Below, one piece after another: positions 11,978 to 24,899 of a stretch of 64,000 nt of DNA. The notes below the pieces were generated by a model, which searched no databases, was not told the DNA's origin, and saw nothing but the letters and a program-made list of their open reading frames with translations. This DNA comes from the human T2T-CHM13v2.0 reference genome, Homo sapiens. How positions within the stretch are numbered: the first letter of the stretch is position 1; each line of letters begins with the position of its first letter. The DNA lies in the NCBI RefSeq assembly GCF_009914755.1, contig NC_060926.1. One strand, written 5' to 3'. The position numbers were made by a program, and so were the translations under genes.

Positions 11978-14900
11978 TACTTTAGAGGCAAAAGTAACAT
12001 GACTTGGAGACCCTTGGAGATGCAGACGACTCCTATACCTTCTCTGATATTTCTTTGATGTTATTTTAGACTAATTCGTATTAAGATATTTAAATAAATA
12101 TTGCCTTTTACATCACCACATTCCTGATTTATTTCTCTGAAGTTAAAGAATGATTACGATTGAATCTTTTCTGGTGAGAGCAAACATTTTCCCTATAACT
12201 AGAAGATCTTTTCCTTTTCTGTTTTGTTTATTCCTGGCGGTAGAAGGATTTCTCAGGTGGTAAAATGGGAGGCTTTTGCCTAACAGAGTAGCGCTTTATT
12301 ACACAAAGGTTGAAGATGCTTTATATGGCATTGTGCAACACAAGTTTCCTCTGTTCTTCTTGCGTGCTTTTTACCAAAGCTTTCCAGGCCTAACAGACGG
12401 CATGGATTGTATGCTCTAATGAAAAGAGAACAGATTCTTGTCTCCTTGTCTTGATTTCACTTCTGCTAGCTAATGTGGTCGTATCACTTAACTTCTTTGT
12501 GCTCCTTTGTTATGGACATTAAGATAGAGAATTTGTATCTATCTCTTGGGGATTTGGGAGTAGTTTAGTAGAAAGGTGTGTACGTGTATATTCTATGCCA
12601 GCTGTTCAATAGGTTGAGGATGAGTTTTTAAGGAACTCCAGAGACATGTAAACAAATAACTGAAATTCATCCTGAAGAAAATAAGGAAGCAGGTAGGTAG
12701 ACAGATTGGATGCCTAGTTAGAGCCCAGCAAACAGAGGCTTTAAAAATAGATTTTGAGAGAATTCGATATTTCAAAAAAAGCATCAAAGTACATGATGGC
12801 AAAAATAGGTCATTATGGGATTTTCTTACATGTATTTTATGGTGTAGTTATACATTTTAATATCATATGAGAAACTGAAATGTAAACCTTCAGGATTTAG
12901 GGCTTCTAAAGATCTCTATCTTACCCTGGGAAGAATTATGATATAAAAGATATTAAAACTATTCTGACTTTTTAGAAGAAGTTTTATATACAGACTTGGA
13001 AATATTCTGACTGTTCTGTGTATGTGTGCTAATGTTTCATTTATCTGCCTTTGCGAAGGAATGTTACACATTATTGAGACTTACATAATATTAAAGCTGT
13101 GCTAAAATATTTAACTTTTTGGTTAGATATCATTCTAAAATGTATTGCATATATCCTTGTCATCAAAAACAGAATACACTGATTTTGGCTGTTGATTATT
13201 ACCCTACGTTCCCAATTAGTGCCATAATAAAGCAGTCAGGGCCGGCTAAGCCATGGGGCTCTTGGGTCTTACTATAAATATTTTTATACTTTGATAATTA
13301 TCTTCATCACTTCTTACTTATTTTCTTTCTTTCTTTGTCCCTCCCTACTCTTCCTTTTCTATTAGTGGCCATTGTTTCTCTGCTTGCAGAGGGAGTCTTA
13401 ACCTGGTATATCACATGTATGCAGACTTCAATGTGCATGTGTGTTTTTCCAAGGAGAAGAGTCATTGCTTCCGCTGGTGTCTCAAAGGGATCAACAATTG
13501 AAGAAAGGTTAAGGAGTGCTGTGTAGCACAATTTTTTAAACTGCAAGTTTCATATCATTAATTGCTCATGAAAATCATTTAGTGGGTTAGGGCCAACAGT
13601 TTTTAAACATTTTGTAAAAAATATTAGAATCGAACAAAAAATATCAATGTATCACATATAGTAAAGGGTACTTTTGGTTTTGTGAAGTTTTTATCTTGTA
13701 TATGTGTGTGCACATAAATAGACATACATACACATACCTGGTTGTGATGAAAATTTTATTTCTTATATATGAGTTGTAATCAAACATTTCAAATTCACAG
13801 CTATAGTACGGCCCTTTTTGCCTCTTCCAATATACAGATGTTGCTGCAGTTTTTCTGTAGTCTATTGAGACTATGCCAAGTTTATTAGAAATGTGGCTAA
13901 AATGAGAGTGAGGCTAGAAGGACTTTTCTTTTGTTTCAGAACTAGTTCCATAGGAGTATTTAAAGGGGAAGGTGAAATAGAAGATAAGCCAACAGCAGCA
14001 CTAGCAGGTTGTTGCAATTGAGAGTAAAACCTGGTCCTGTGAGTCTGGAAGGGAAGGGCTACAGACATTGGTTTTCAACCCTGGTTCCACATTAGTTTAT
14101 GTTGGGTCTCTTTCAAAAAAGTACTGACCCCTGGCCGTTCCCTACATCATTGAAGTAGAATCTCTGAGGATTGGAGTTCTGAAAGAACTTTCTTATAGAA
14201 TAAAACACGTGGCCTTTAGGTTATATTTTGACTACTCAAAGGCTTTTCTTTTGGCTTCTGAACAGTGGTCTGGGGAGTGGAGGTGGCTAGATTGAATGTC
14301 CTCCAGAAAAGACCTCTGTTTTCATGGTAATTATGCTAAGAACACTCAAGTATTATTTGATTATTTACAAGACATCTGTTTTGGAATGCTAGAGATACTT
14401 GAAATCTAGGAAGGTCGAGATGGTTTTGACTTAAGAATGTTTGTGCATTCTTGATTCAGTGTCTGCCCTTGAGAAATGAAATATAACCTTGCTATCTGTA
14501 TGTGCCAATTATAGAAAGGTAGAGCTTGTTTTCTTCTCCCTCTTCCCTTTTTCTTCTCTTTCATTCTTGTTTGCTTCTCTTCCCTCCCACATCTCTTTCC
14601 TTTCTTTTCCCTTCCTGGGTGTCAGAGGCTGGCCCACTGAGCAGAGGCATAGAGGGAGCTTTCCATTGTCATATTAGTGGTGGCATGGACCTGAGGGCTT
14701 AGGGGAGCTGAGGTTCAGAAACGTGGAGGGGTGAGCCTAGAAATGCCTGGGCTGGTTACTTCATAATGAGTTGGTTTACCATCCTTTTTAGAGCGTGATG
14801 CAATAAGAAAATACCAACTGTAAATAGTATGCAGTTGTTTATTTAAAAAATGACATCTGATTCACAAGTCCAAATGTTAATCAATGTAAAAATGAACTGT

Positions 14901-15339
14901 CTGGTCACTATCATTCTGATCCTTGAAAAGGAGATTTAATCTGGTGCTGTAGTCACCTGAATGTAGAATTGGTAGCTACCTAAAACTAGAGTAGAAATGT
15001 TAAACCCCACCCAGCAATCAGCTGCTATCAGGAATGTCTTTCTGTGTCTCAGAGGAAGCAGAGTTGTGACTGTGAACATTTGAGTTATTCTACTGGCCCA
15101 TGTAGGAATATTTAAACCTTTGGCTAATGCACATAGAACTTTGAGGAAGAAATCCATAAACAGAAAGGGCAGGTATAGGATGAACCTGTTAGGAGTTCAA
15201 GGTTAGAAGATAAAGAGGATATCTGAACTGTATAAAGTGGAATGGAGAGAGAAAGCATAGTTTCTTTTAGTGTTTGCTTATTTAGGTGGATAAAACTTGT
15301 CCTGCTTGGCACCATTTTTAGTTTCTTGAGTCATGTAGG

Positions 15340-15876
15340 TATTGATGAAAAGAGTCAAACTCTAAAATATTTAAAGAGATTTATTCTATGCCAAATATGA
15401 GTGAGCATAGCCCATAACACAGCCCTCCTTGGGAGATCCTGAGAACATGTGCCCAAGATGATTGGGACATTTTAGGCAGACATGAGACTTCAACCTAGAG
15501 AGGTAGAACAGCTCGAAGCAGTGAGGCTTCCAGGTTATAGGTAGATTTAAAATTTTTCTAACTGGCAATTGGTTAAAAGAGTTACCAATAGAAAGGAATG
15601 TGTGGATTGCTATAAGAGGTTGTGAAGACCAAAGTTTTATCACACAGATAAAACCTCCAGATACCCGGCTTCAGAGACAATAGATTGTAAATGTTTCTTA
15701 TCAGACTTAAGGTCTGAGTCGATGTTAATGCTGGAGAGGTATAATGAGGCATGTTCGACCCCCACTTCCCATCATGGCCTGAACCAATCTTTCAGGTTAA
15801 ATTTTAGAGTACCTTGGCCTAGGAGGAAGTCCATTCTGATGGTTGAGGGGCCTTAGGATTTTATTTTTGGTTTACA
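15340..15876 (-). mobile_element. ERV1 solo LTR, MER4 family
   Basis: The reverse complement begins TGTAAACCAAAAATAAAATCCTAAGGCCCC. The other end reads tattgatgaaaagagtcaaactct. 4-bp TSD TAGG at 15336-15339 and 15877-15880. Confidence 0.85.
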
Positions 15877-15880
15877 TAGG

Positions 15881-16421
15881 TGTATCAGTTACTGTTGCCA
15901 TGTAACAAACTACCTCTCAGAAATTAAAGGCTTACACCAACAGCCAATTATTTGCTCACGATTCTCTGGGATAGCAAGTTAGCCTGAGTTTAGCATTGTA
16001 TATTTTCTGCTAGTCTCACCTGGAATCACTCATGTGGCCTTAGGCATCTGGTGTCCTTACTGGGGCTGGATGGTTTAAGATGGCCTCACTCATGTCTAAT
16101 AGTTAGTGTAGCAGGCTGTAGGTCAGGATACCTTAGCTCTCCACAGGACCTCTCTGACAGGCTAGCTCAAGCTCATTCACATCATGGCTTCCAGCCACAG
16201 TCATAAAAAAGGAGACACATCCTAATACACAAATGCTTCTCAGGCTTCTACTTGTGTCTCATTTGCTAACTTCCCTTTGGTTAAATCAAGTCACAGGGAG
16301 AAATTCCAATTGAAGGAGTGGAGAAAAAAACTCTATCTTTAAAGTAACAAAGTCACATTTCAAATGGGAAGTGCATGCAGGGATGGAAAGAATTGTTCTG
16401 GCTGTTTTTACAGTCTACCAG
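15881..16421 (-). mobile_element. MaLR solo LTR (MLT1G/H-like)
   Basis: tgtatcagttactgttgccatgtaacaaactac...aagatggcctcactcatgtct...aaagtcacatt...tttttacagtctacca. Confidence 0.7.
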
Positions 16422-16456
16422 AGTCAAACGACATTTAGGGATTTGTTAAATGGTAA

Positions 16457-16984
16457 TGTTACCGGAAAGGAGTCCCAATCCAGACCACAAGAGAGGGTTC
16501 TTGGATCTCACGCAAGAAAGAATTTGGGGTGAGTTTATATGGTAAAGTGAAAGTAAGTTTATTTAAAAAGGAAAGGAATAAAGAATGGCTACTCCATATG
16601 CAGATCCATTTTTATGGTTATTTCTTGATTATATGCTCAATAAGGAGTGGATTATTCATGCCTCCCCTTTTCAGATCATATAGGGTACCTTCCTGATGTT
16701 GCCATGGCATTTGTAAACTGTCATGGCACTGGTGGGAGTGTAGCACTGAGGATTACCAGAAGTGTTCTCATCACCATCTTGGTTTTGGTGGATTTGAGTT
16801 GGTTTCTTTACTGCAACCTGTTTTATCAGCATCGTCTTTATGACCTGTATCTCATGCTGACCTCCTACCTCATCCTGTGATGTAGAATGCATAATCATCT
16901 GGGAATGCAGCTCAGTAGGTCTCAGCCTTATTTTACCCAGCCTCTATTCAAGATGGGGTTGCTCTGGTTCAAACACCTCTAACA
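16457..16984 (-). mobile_element. MER41A-type ERV1 solo LTR (lacks the GAS segment)
   Basis: tgttaccggaaaggagtcccaatccagac...ttcaagatggggttgctctggttcaaacacctctaaca. Exact TSD GTAA at 16453-16456 and 16985-16988. A 43-bp segment present in the other two copies is missing at 16660/16661. Confidence 0.9.
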
Positions 16985-19173
16985 GTAACACATGGCATAT
17001 AGGCTGATTAAAATACTAAGCACTGAGTATAGTATATTTGATCTTATATTTCAATGCAAGAATAATTATATGTGTTTCAGTGGCTTGTACCCTCCAATTA
17101 GTGATGAACATACCCCATGTGATTTGGTCATTTAGTTAACAAATATTTATTGTACATCATGGTGGGCCAGACACTGTTCTAGGTGATAGAGATGCAGCTG
17201 GGGGAAAACAAACACACATAATTCAGTATGTGTAACAGTCACAAGGAACAAAGAGAAACTTACAACTTATTACTGTGGCTTTTGATTTTGAATTTGAGGC
17301 AACAGAGTTTGTTCCCTGTGCAAGAATGCCACAGAGGCAGATTTTTATCAAGAATTTAGCCACTGTGAAGTTTGGTTTTAAAGAGCAACTCAGTAAGTGG
17401 TTTTTCTGCTAACAGCAAATCAATATATTTTAGAAACTATTGTATTCAAGAAAAAGGGAGAAGGATTCAAATAGTACTTTTCTACTTAAAGAAGGTTGAT
17501 TTTTTTAACCAATAGATGTTAAAGAAATAACCAATGGCTATATTTTCATATTTACCAAGGCTACTAATTCTAATGTATTAGCTGGAAGCTATTCAGACAA
17601 GTATTCAGTGTCAGGCGTCTCCCATCTGATGTTTGCTTGTGACATTGTCCTTGGGAGACATCTCCCATCTCCTAGGTGGGTTGCAGTGTGAGGACAACCA
17701 GAAAACCTTGAGAAAGTTTTGTCATTGTTTGTGAGGCCAGATTAATTGGGTCCTAGTGATAGAATGTTAGAAATAAATGTGAAAAATTGCATGGGAACTG
17801 AGAGTTTTCTTTTACAACAGCAATCTTGTCCACCCTTGACAAGATAATATTTGTCCACCTTTGACAAGGTAGTATTCTTACAGGATGAAAGTGTGTTTAT
17901 ATATATATATAACCTGTTCAGTTTTCCTAGTTGGGAGAAAGTCCTTCATAATTAATATCATTGTGACCCCTGTAAAAAGAAAAAAAAAAGTCAGCAGAAC
18001 ATTTCTACGTTCCTTCATTTTCTATTCTGTTTAATTTTCTAGAAATATCTGACAGTCTTTTTGAATCCCAGTGGTGGTAATACTGGAAAAACTTGTTGCT
18101 CTAAAAATGGTACCTTTTGTGGGATGACATTGGAAAGGTGGGAAGTTGGAGATCTTTTTTTCCCCTTGTTTCTTTCTTTCCTTTATGAACCTTTTTCTTT
18201 TTAAAAGTTATATCGCTCATCACTTTATCACTTAGTTTATCACTTTACCACTTTTGTTGGCACCTTTTTTCCCCCTCCTGTCTTTTATGATGTTGAAACT
18301 GAAGGGGAAAATGGAGCTGCCAAGATAAGTTACAGTTAAGTGACGTTTGCTTGTGGCATTGTCCTTGGCATTGCACAGAAGGAACTAAACCAGCACCACT
18401 GGTGCTGCCAGGAATTTAGGGTCGAAGTAGACAGGAAGAGAAATTGTGTTCTGGTTTAAAGTTCAGTGAGAAAAGTTTAGTACATGCTAAAATATAGCAC
18501 TGATCCCTCAGAAAGTGCATTTAAATTTTACATTAAATGTAAATTTGACATTAAATTTAAATGTTGACATTAAATGTACTTTCTGGAAAGTACCTTTAAA
18601 TTTGACACTAAAACTCTGATATTATGTTAGATATAATGAGATTATGTGGTTTGAATGTCCAAGAGATACCTGTAGCTCTGATACTGAATTGAACGTGATC
18701 TGAGCCCATTGTGGAAAGATTGACAGACTTGCAGAGGGCCAGTGCCAAAGGGAAGGCCCTATGAGGTGTGGGTAGGGAAGAGGGGAACACTGGGATACTG
18801 TTGACTAAAAAGGTGGAAAAAGATGAGAGAAGAAGGGGAACTATAGCTCTATCTAGAATCAGGGAGAGCATGGCTCTTGCTTACAGTTAGCAGTAGTTTG
18901 TGACAAAATTTGTGGAAAATATGACAGGGCTTTGGAGAACTCTTACCGAGAACCGTAAATTAGTTCCGAGATATACTTTGAAAGGATTTTAAATATATAA
19001 ATGTATGCTTTCCATTTATCAACAAACTAAATAGACATTGTTGGCCATCTGTCTTCAGAGATGCAAAGCATTCTTAAAATGTATACAATGAATGGTGAAG
19101 CAGAACTAGTGTTGATTTTAAAAGGTTGAAACCATACAACACTAAAGCTTAAGACGTTAAAATACATTTTGTG

Positions 19174-19180
19174 TACTAAC
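19174..19180 (+). promoter_or_regulatory. Splicing branch point TACTAAC
   Basis: Exact optimal U2-pairing heptamer with the branch A (19179) about 32 nt upstream of the acceptor. There is no AG between it and the acceptor AG at 19210-19211. Confidence 0.8.
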
Positions 19181-19211
19181 TAATGGGCATGTTTTGTTCT
19201 TTCTTTTGCAG

Positions 19212-19327
19212 ACTTACATTGGAAGTGTGGTTATATCTGTTAACCCATATCGGTCTTTACCCATTTATTCACCAGAGAAAGTGGAAGAATACAGGAACAG
19301 AAATTTTTATGAACTGAGCCCTCACAT
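19212..19327 (+). CDS. MYO1B: MYO1B coding exon (116 nt): TYIGSVVISVNPYRSLPIYSPEKVEEYRNRNFYELSPH(I)
   Basis: Acceptor ttctttcttttgcag| at 19211 and donor CAT|GTAAGT at 19327/19328. The translation carries the conserved myosin IYTYIG..SVNPY..PH motif and joins the previous exon in frame. Confidence 0.97.
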
Positions 19328-20870
19328 GTAAGTACTGTACTAAAGCATTAAGTTTCTCTTTTACTCCAGAGATGTGTAGTTGACAGATGTGTGCAGCTGT
19401 CTCCTTTGAATTTCAGAATAATGTTTTTGTCAGTTTTTTTTTAAAAAGTTTGATAAAAGTATGAAGACTTTAATTGTTATTCTTTATTTTAAATTAAAAA
19501 AAGGCAGAATACTTCATTTGACGTCAGACTTTTCTGAAATATTTGGATTCAGGATGTAAAATATTTTCTGTTCAAAATTCTTTGCAAGTAGCAGCTGCTG
19601 CTAATTATTTTTGCAAATAAAACAGGAATGTGCATTGTTTATTATTATAAAGAGCCTAAGCAGCTTTTTCATAGTGTTGTTGGGCCAAGAAAAATCCTGA
19701 GTGTTGGGTTGTGTGATGGTGTTGGGGTAAAAGGACCAAACAATACCTTCAGTTTGTAATTTTTGCAGACAATGTTCACCAGATGCGTGGGATAGGCCAG
19801 TGATTTCACTTACTCTGGAAAGTCACTTGTTTGATTTTTCTGAAGAAGGTCACTTGTTAGTGTAAATAATTCCTTCACAGTACCTGTAGATTCTGTTTGT
19901 CTGCTCCTTTAGAGTTCTTCGTTGACGTGCTTAAGAGATGCCGAAATGATTTGGCCACTTTATACCACTACAATTTTGTTTTCTAGTCTGAATGACTGAA
20001 ACATAACACTGGAAAAGTTTGCCTGGATTTGGTAGATCCGTGGTAGAACCGGGTTATTCAACCCTAGAACTTTTATTCCTCCAAATAAAAATATCTGAAA
20101 AAGAAAGTTGGAGAGAGAATACCCAGAAATTATCACAAACAATACCTTAAACTTTTTATTTCTCAAAAAACTTTTTTATTTATTCTTATGTTACATTTAC
20201 TGATTCAAGACAAATATGTTCACTATTTACATTCTCATGTCCACTACTGAGTTTAAAGAAAAGGAAAGAGAAATATGCTAAGTTGGGCCAAGTCATGTAA
20301 TGAGTTGAGAGCCTCAGACTTCTCCACTTGTTGCTTAGGCAGAAACATTTCCTGCCTCCTCTCCTGTGGGCATGCAAGCATTTTTACCAGAATTCACGTA
20401 CTTATGATTGTCAGTTGCTGCAAGGGGCCCACGGTGTCTTGCAGACGGGAGTTGGTTGATGCAGCATAACATCTTTTATGCAATAAACTGTTGAATGCAG
20501 ATTTAGAATATTTGTGAACTGCTACTGAACGTGGGCTGGGAATAACGTATGCAAAAGTGCCTTGGAAGGTGTCAAGCATTCTACAAAGTTATGTTGTTCG
20601 TTATTACCACCATTGCTATTACTTTTTCGCAGTAGCATCATCCTCTCTCTCTCAAAACAGATGATATGCTGAAAACAACCCCAAATTGTCATGAAATGCA
20701 CATAAATACATGTGCATGTAGATATTGATGAGGAAATGTTCAGTAAATGTCTTGGTTGCGGAAAAGATTTATTGGTCATTGGCATATTGGTAGCGGGGCA
20801 TTTGAAAATGGTTAAGCTGGCAATTTGGGTCACTTTAGAGTTGAGACATTTTCAGTCTTTTTACCGAAAG

Positions 20871-21078
20871 CAGTAGTACTCAAAATGGGGCAGTTTAAAA
20901 CCCCAGGGGACAGTTGACAATGTCTGGAGACATTTTTGATTGTGAAACTGGGGGTAGGAGGGTGCTTGCTGCCAGTGGGTCAGGGATGCTGCTAAGCACC
21001 CTTCAAAGCATATGCAGCCCTTCACAGTAAAGCGTTGTCTGTTAGCCGTGTCCATAGTGCCAAGGTTGAGAAACCCTG
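20871..21078 (+). mobile_element. MER20 hAT-Charlie DNA transposon
   Basis: cagtagtactcaa...ccccaggggacagttgacaatgtctggagacatttttgattgt...cagggatgctgctaagcac...agtgccaaggttgagaaaccctg. Confidence 0.88.
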
Positions 21079-21534
21079 AAATGAAGTGAAAGAACCTGCA
21101 GAAAGTCTCATTATGTCCTAGCAGAAAGGATTTTCTCTGTATGATTAAAGATTGGCTTTATTAATTTTGACAGAACATAAAATCTAATAATTAAGGAACA
21201 TATATATACCACTGTCCAGATGCTTATTTTAGTTTCTCTTGATAATGCAGCATGCAGCGATATATTTGGGCTGTTTGGAACTAAAGATTATTTATTATTT
21301 AAATGTATGAAAATGGTTATTAATGAATAAATCTGCTGGTATATTTTACCAGTCAAGCAAATTCTGATCATTTTGTTTTCTTCTAGAAGTAGATATTGCA
21401 AGTGATCTTGTTTCATTTTGCCTTAAGACAAATAATATCTGAAATTTGTTTTATAAAGTTATCCTGATAGTTAAGCCCCTGTGATGAAATACTTTATTTG
21501 ATACCTGAATATTTTAAATTCTAGTCCTCAAAGC

Positions 21535-21700
21535 CCCACTTCTCAAAGTATGGTGCTTGGACCAATTGTATCAGAATTCCCCCAGGGGCTTATGAAAAAA
21601 TCTGGATTCCTAGGTCTTACTTCTCATAAGCCAGGAATCTACATTTTTCACAAGCTTTCTGGGTGATTCTTAGGCGCATGTAAGTCTGAGAACGTGTTGC
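21535..21700. mobile_element. MER5A-like hAT MITE
   Basis: ttctcaaagtatggtgcttggacc..atcagaat..ggaatctacatttttcacaagct..ggtgattct..aagtctgagaac. Confidence 0.7.
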
Positions 21701-21789
21701 TTTAGATCTATATTTAAGATGTTTTTCTTTCCTTTCTTAACTACTTACTGCAATTTGTGATCTTTAACAATAATAATACTAATAATAAA

Positions 21790-21980
21790 AATATTTATGG
21801 CTAATATTTTATTAAGTACTTACTATTCTGCTCTAAATACTTTATATGTTTTATAACTCATTTCATTCTCAAAATAATCTTGTGAGATAGGCACTATTAC
21901 AAATGGGGAAATTGTCACAGAAAGATCAAGTAACTTATCCAAAGCCACACAGCTGGTGGGAGTGGAGCCGGGGTATTAAC
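21790..21980 (-). mobile_element. MIR
   Basis: ctaaatactttatatg..actcatttcattctca..aaatggggaaattg..aagtaacttatccaaagccacacagctggt. Confidence 0.7.
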
Positions 21981-22794
21981 ATTGGTTGCCCCTCTTAGCT
22001 GGAAATGGGCTTGCCATTTTCATGACAGGGCCTCTTCCTGTGCACTTCCACCCCACTACCTTTGGTTCGCCTGTGTTCCTGCACCACAAACCCTCCAGGA
22101 TAATCTTGACTGTGCCTCAGTTTACCCCCAGCAATTGTCCACATGCTCTTTTTGCATTTTCAGCTTTAATCTCCATTCTGGGAATGTTTAGATATATAAT
22201 GTTTGGGTAGATAGAGAATGTTTAGAAGTCTATTCTAGGTCATAGAAGTTCATGCTCCAGAATATACATTTTTATCCTGGTGCCTGGAAGATTCCTGTAG
22301 GAGGCAGCATGGCACTGCTACTCTAGTTCACACCCCTCACCCCCAAGGAAAAGAACCACCACGAGCACTAAAATAAAATACATTCTCAATGTGCTTAGGA
22401 TAAAGAAAATGACTTTTTACCATGGCCTACAAAGCACTACGTGGTGAGCAAAGTACAGTTTTACTAATGCATCTGAAGTTGCCAGATCCCTCTCATTCCC
22501 TCCCATCTTTCTTGTTCTGTCAGTCCTCACCCCACCCTCACCACATTCCCTCCCATGAGAGCATCCTTGCATAGAATTCTGTGCCTTCTGCCTGGAATGC
22601 TTTTCCCTCTTTCTCCAAAGCAACTCGTGTTCTTCCTTCAGACCTCAAATTGCAGAAGACCTCTTAGGGAGGAACCGTCCTCACTTGTTCCGTACTAAGG
22701 CTAGATCTGTTGCTTTTGCCACATTTACTATTTAATGTTTGTTTAAGGGATGATTTGTCTAAGAATTTGATAAGGGTTCAGTAAAAACATAGTG

Positions 22795-23020
22795 AACAGG
22801 ACTTGGGTTCAAGTCCCAGGTCTTCCATTTACAAGCTATATAATCTTGAGCAAATTACTTGAAAAACTTCAACTCAGAGAAATTAAGTAATTAGCTTATT
22901 CAGTGGGAAAAGAATTATTAATTAACTCCTGGGATTTTTGTGAGGGCCAAATATGTAGTTGATATTTAGATAATGATCTAATACGTATAAGGTGCTTAGC
23001 ATGGAATCTGCCATAACTCT
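22795..23020 (+). mobile_element. MIR
   Basis: gggttcaagtcccagg..atcttgagcaaattactt..tttttgtgaggg..taaggtgcttagcatg. Confidence 0.6.
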
Positions 23021-23373
23021 GTGAGAAAGGAAAGCTATTTCTATTAACAATGAGAATTATAGCAATTGTTGTAATAATAACGTATGTGGGACACATTTCC
23101 AACATTCTCACATGCTCTGTCTCACCACTTTCTGCATGGTGGGTCATTTTCCACTTCCTTTAGTGTATTTTCCTGCATTTTTCTTTGCAAATGTTCATCT
23201 TTGATGGTATTTTGAAACAGGGTCAATGCTAACTTGGTTCCCTACTAAAACAGCCTGGCATTCTCAAACAGGATGTTTGTGATGTAAGGGGGTAAGATGA
23301 CCTTAGCTTTTGATGCATTCTAACTGTAAATATTTCATGAATTTAGTTCCAGTTTGAATAGAAAACAACTTAA

Positions 23374-23744
<371 letters not shown>

Positions 23745-23882
23745 TTTTTTTTTTTTTTTTTTTTTTTTAAGAGATGAGGTCTTGCTATGTTGTCCAGGCT
23801 GGTTTCAACTTCTGGGCTCAAGAGATCTTCCTACCTCCTGAGTAGGTAGGTGGGACTATAGGCACATGTCACTGCACCTGGC
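23745..23882 (-). mobile_element. FLAM / Alu left-monomer
   Basis: A long poly-T run, then gagatgaggtcttgctatgttgtccaggctggtttcaacttctgggctcaagagatcttcc...tgcacctggc. Monomer length. Confidence 0.85.
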
Positions 23883-24492
23883 TTACATTTGGAATTTAAT
23901 TTGAGCTGTGTTCACTGTTAGTCTGCAAAAGCATCCAGATACTTTTGTAATTCATATGTTTTGAAGGTGTCTACAATTTATCTTTCTTTAAATTTTAGAT
24001 AATTAAAAAATAATTCCATTTTGTGTAAGTATATGACTTTCAGATCGTGGAAATGTATAGATTGGTTTCTTACCTATTTTCCTTTCAAAAATAGCTTTCT
24101 GTTATCATTTGTGGGTCTGTTAGTCCCCCAAACATGGAACTCCTCAGCTGGACTCCTCCTCTGCGGCTCCTTTCCTTCTCTGAACTGTCCCCGTTACGTG
24201 TGAAGCCACATCTTTGAGCAGGGTATCACTGGGTGGCATCCCCAAGGAAATGTGGCTGTGCTGTGTGGCAGAGCCTATACCACCATTTGCTTTTCTAGTT
24301 AGGTAAGTGATGTCTTTCCAGTATGATTTTTAACTTCTTTGAAAATAAGGAAGGTAAAAAATGTATTCCAGGGAGGACTGAGAACATTTCAGAAAACTCA
24401 GTAACTGGATTCATTGAGAACTGCCTCAGATTCCCAAACAGCATTGATAAGGAAAGGCTGAGAAGGGAGAGATGAGGGAAATAATCAAACTA

Positions 24493-24840
24493 TAGGTTGA
24501 GCATCCCTAATCTGAAAATCCAAAATCTTAAATGATCCAAAATCAGAAACTTTTTGATCACAACATGACACCACAAGTGGAAAACACCACTCCTGACCTC
24601 CAAATGCAGTCAAAATGCAGTCATGCAACATAGAATTGATTCTGTGTCCCTAAGAGAAAGGTAAAATTTCCTTCAGGCTATGTATATAAGGTGTATATTA
24701 AATATAAATGAATTTAATGTTTAGACTTGGGTCCTATACCCAAGATAATTTTGTATCTGCAAATATTCCCAAATCTGAAAAAATTTGAAATCTAAAACAC
24801 TTCTACTCCCAAACATCTTGGTTAAGCGATACTCAGTCGA
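24493..24840. mobile_element. Tigger4b (MER46-type) TcMar DNA transposon
   Basis: taggttgagcatccctaatctgaaaatccaaaat...ccacaagtggaaaa...ttagacttgggtcc...gatactca with degenerate inverted ends. Confidence 0.8.
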
Positions 24841-24899
24841 TACTTAATCTCCTTCCACTTAGTTGCAATAGCACTGTGACAGTGCACCTTCAGATATTT

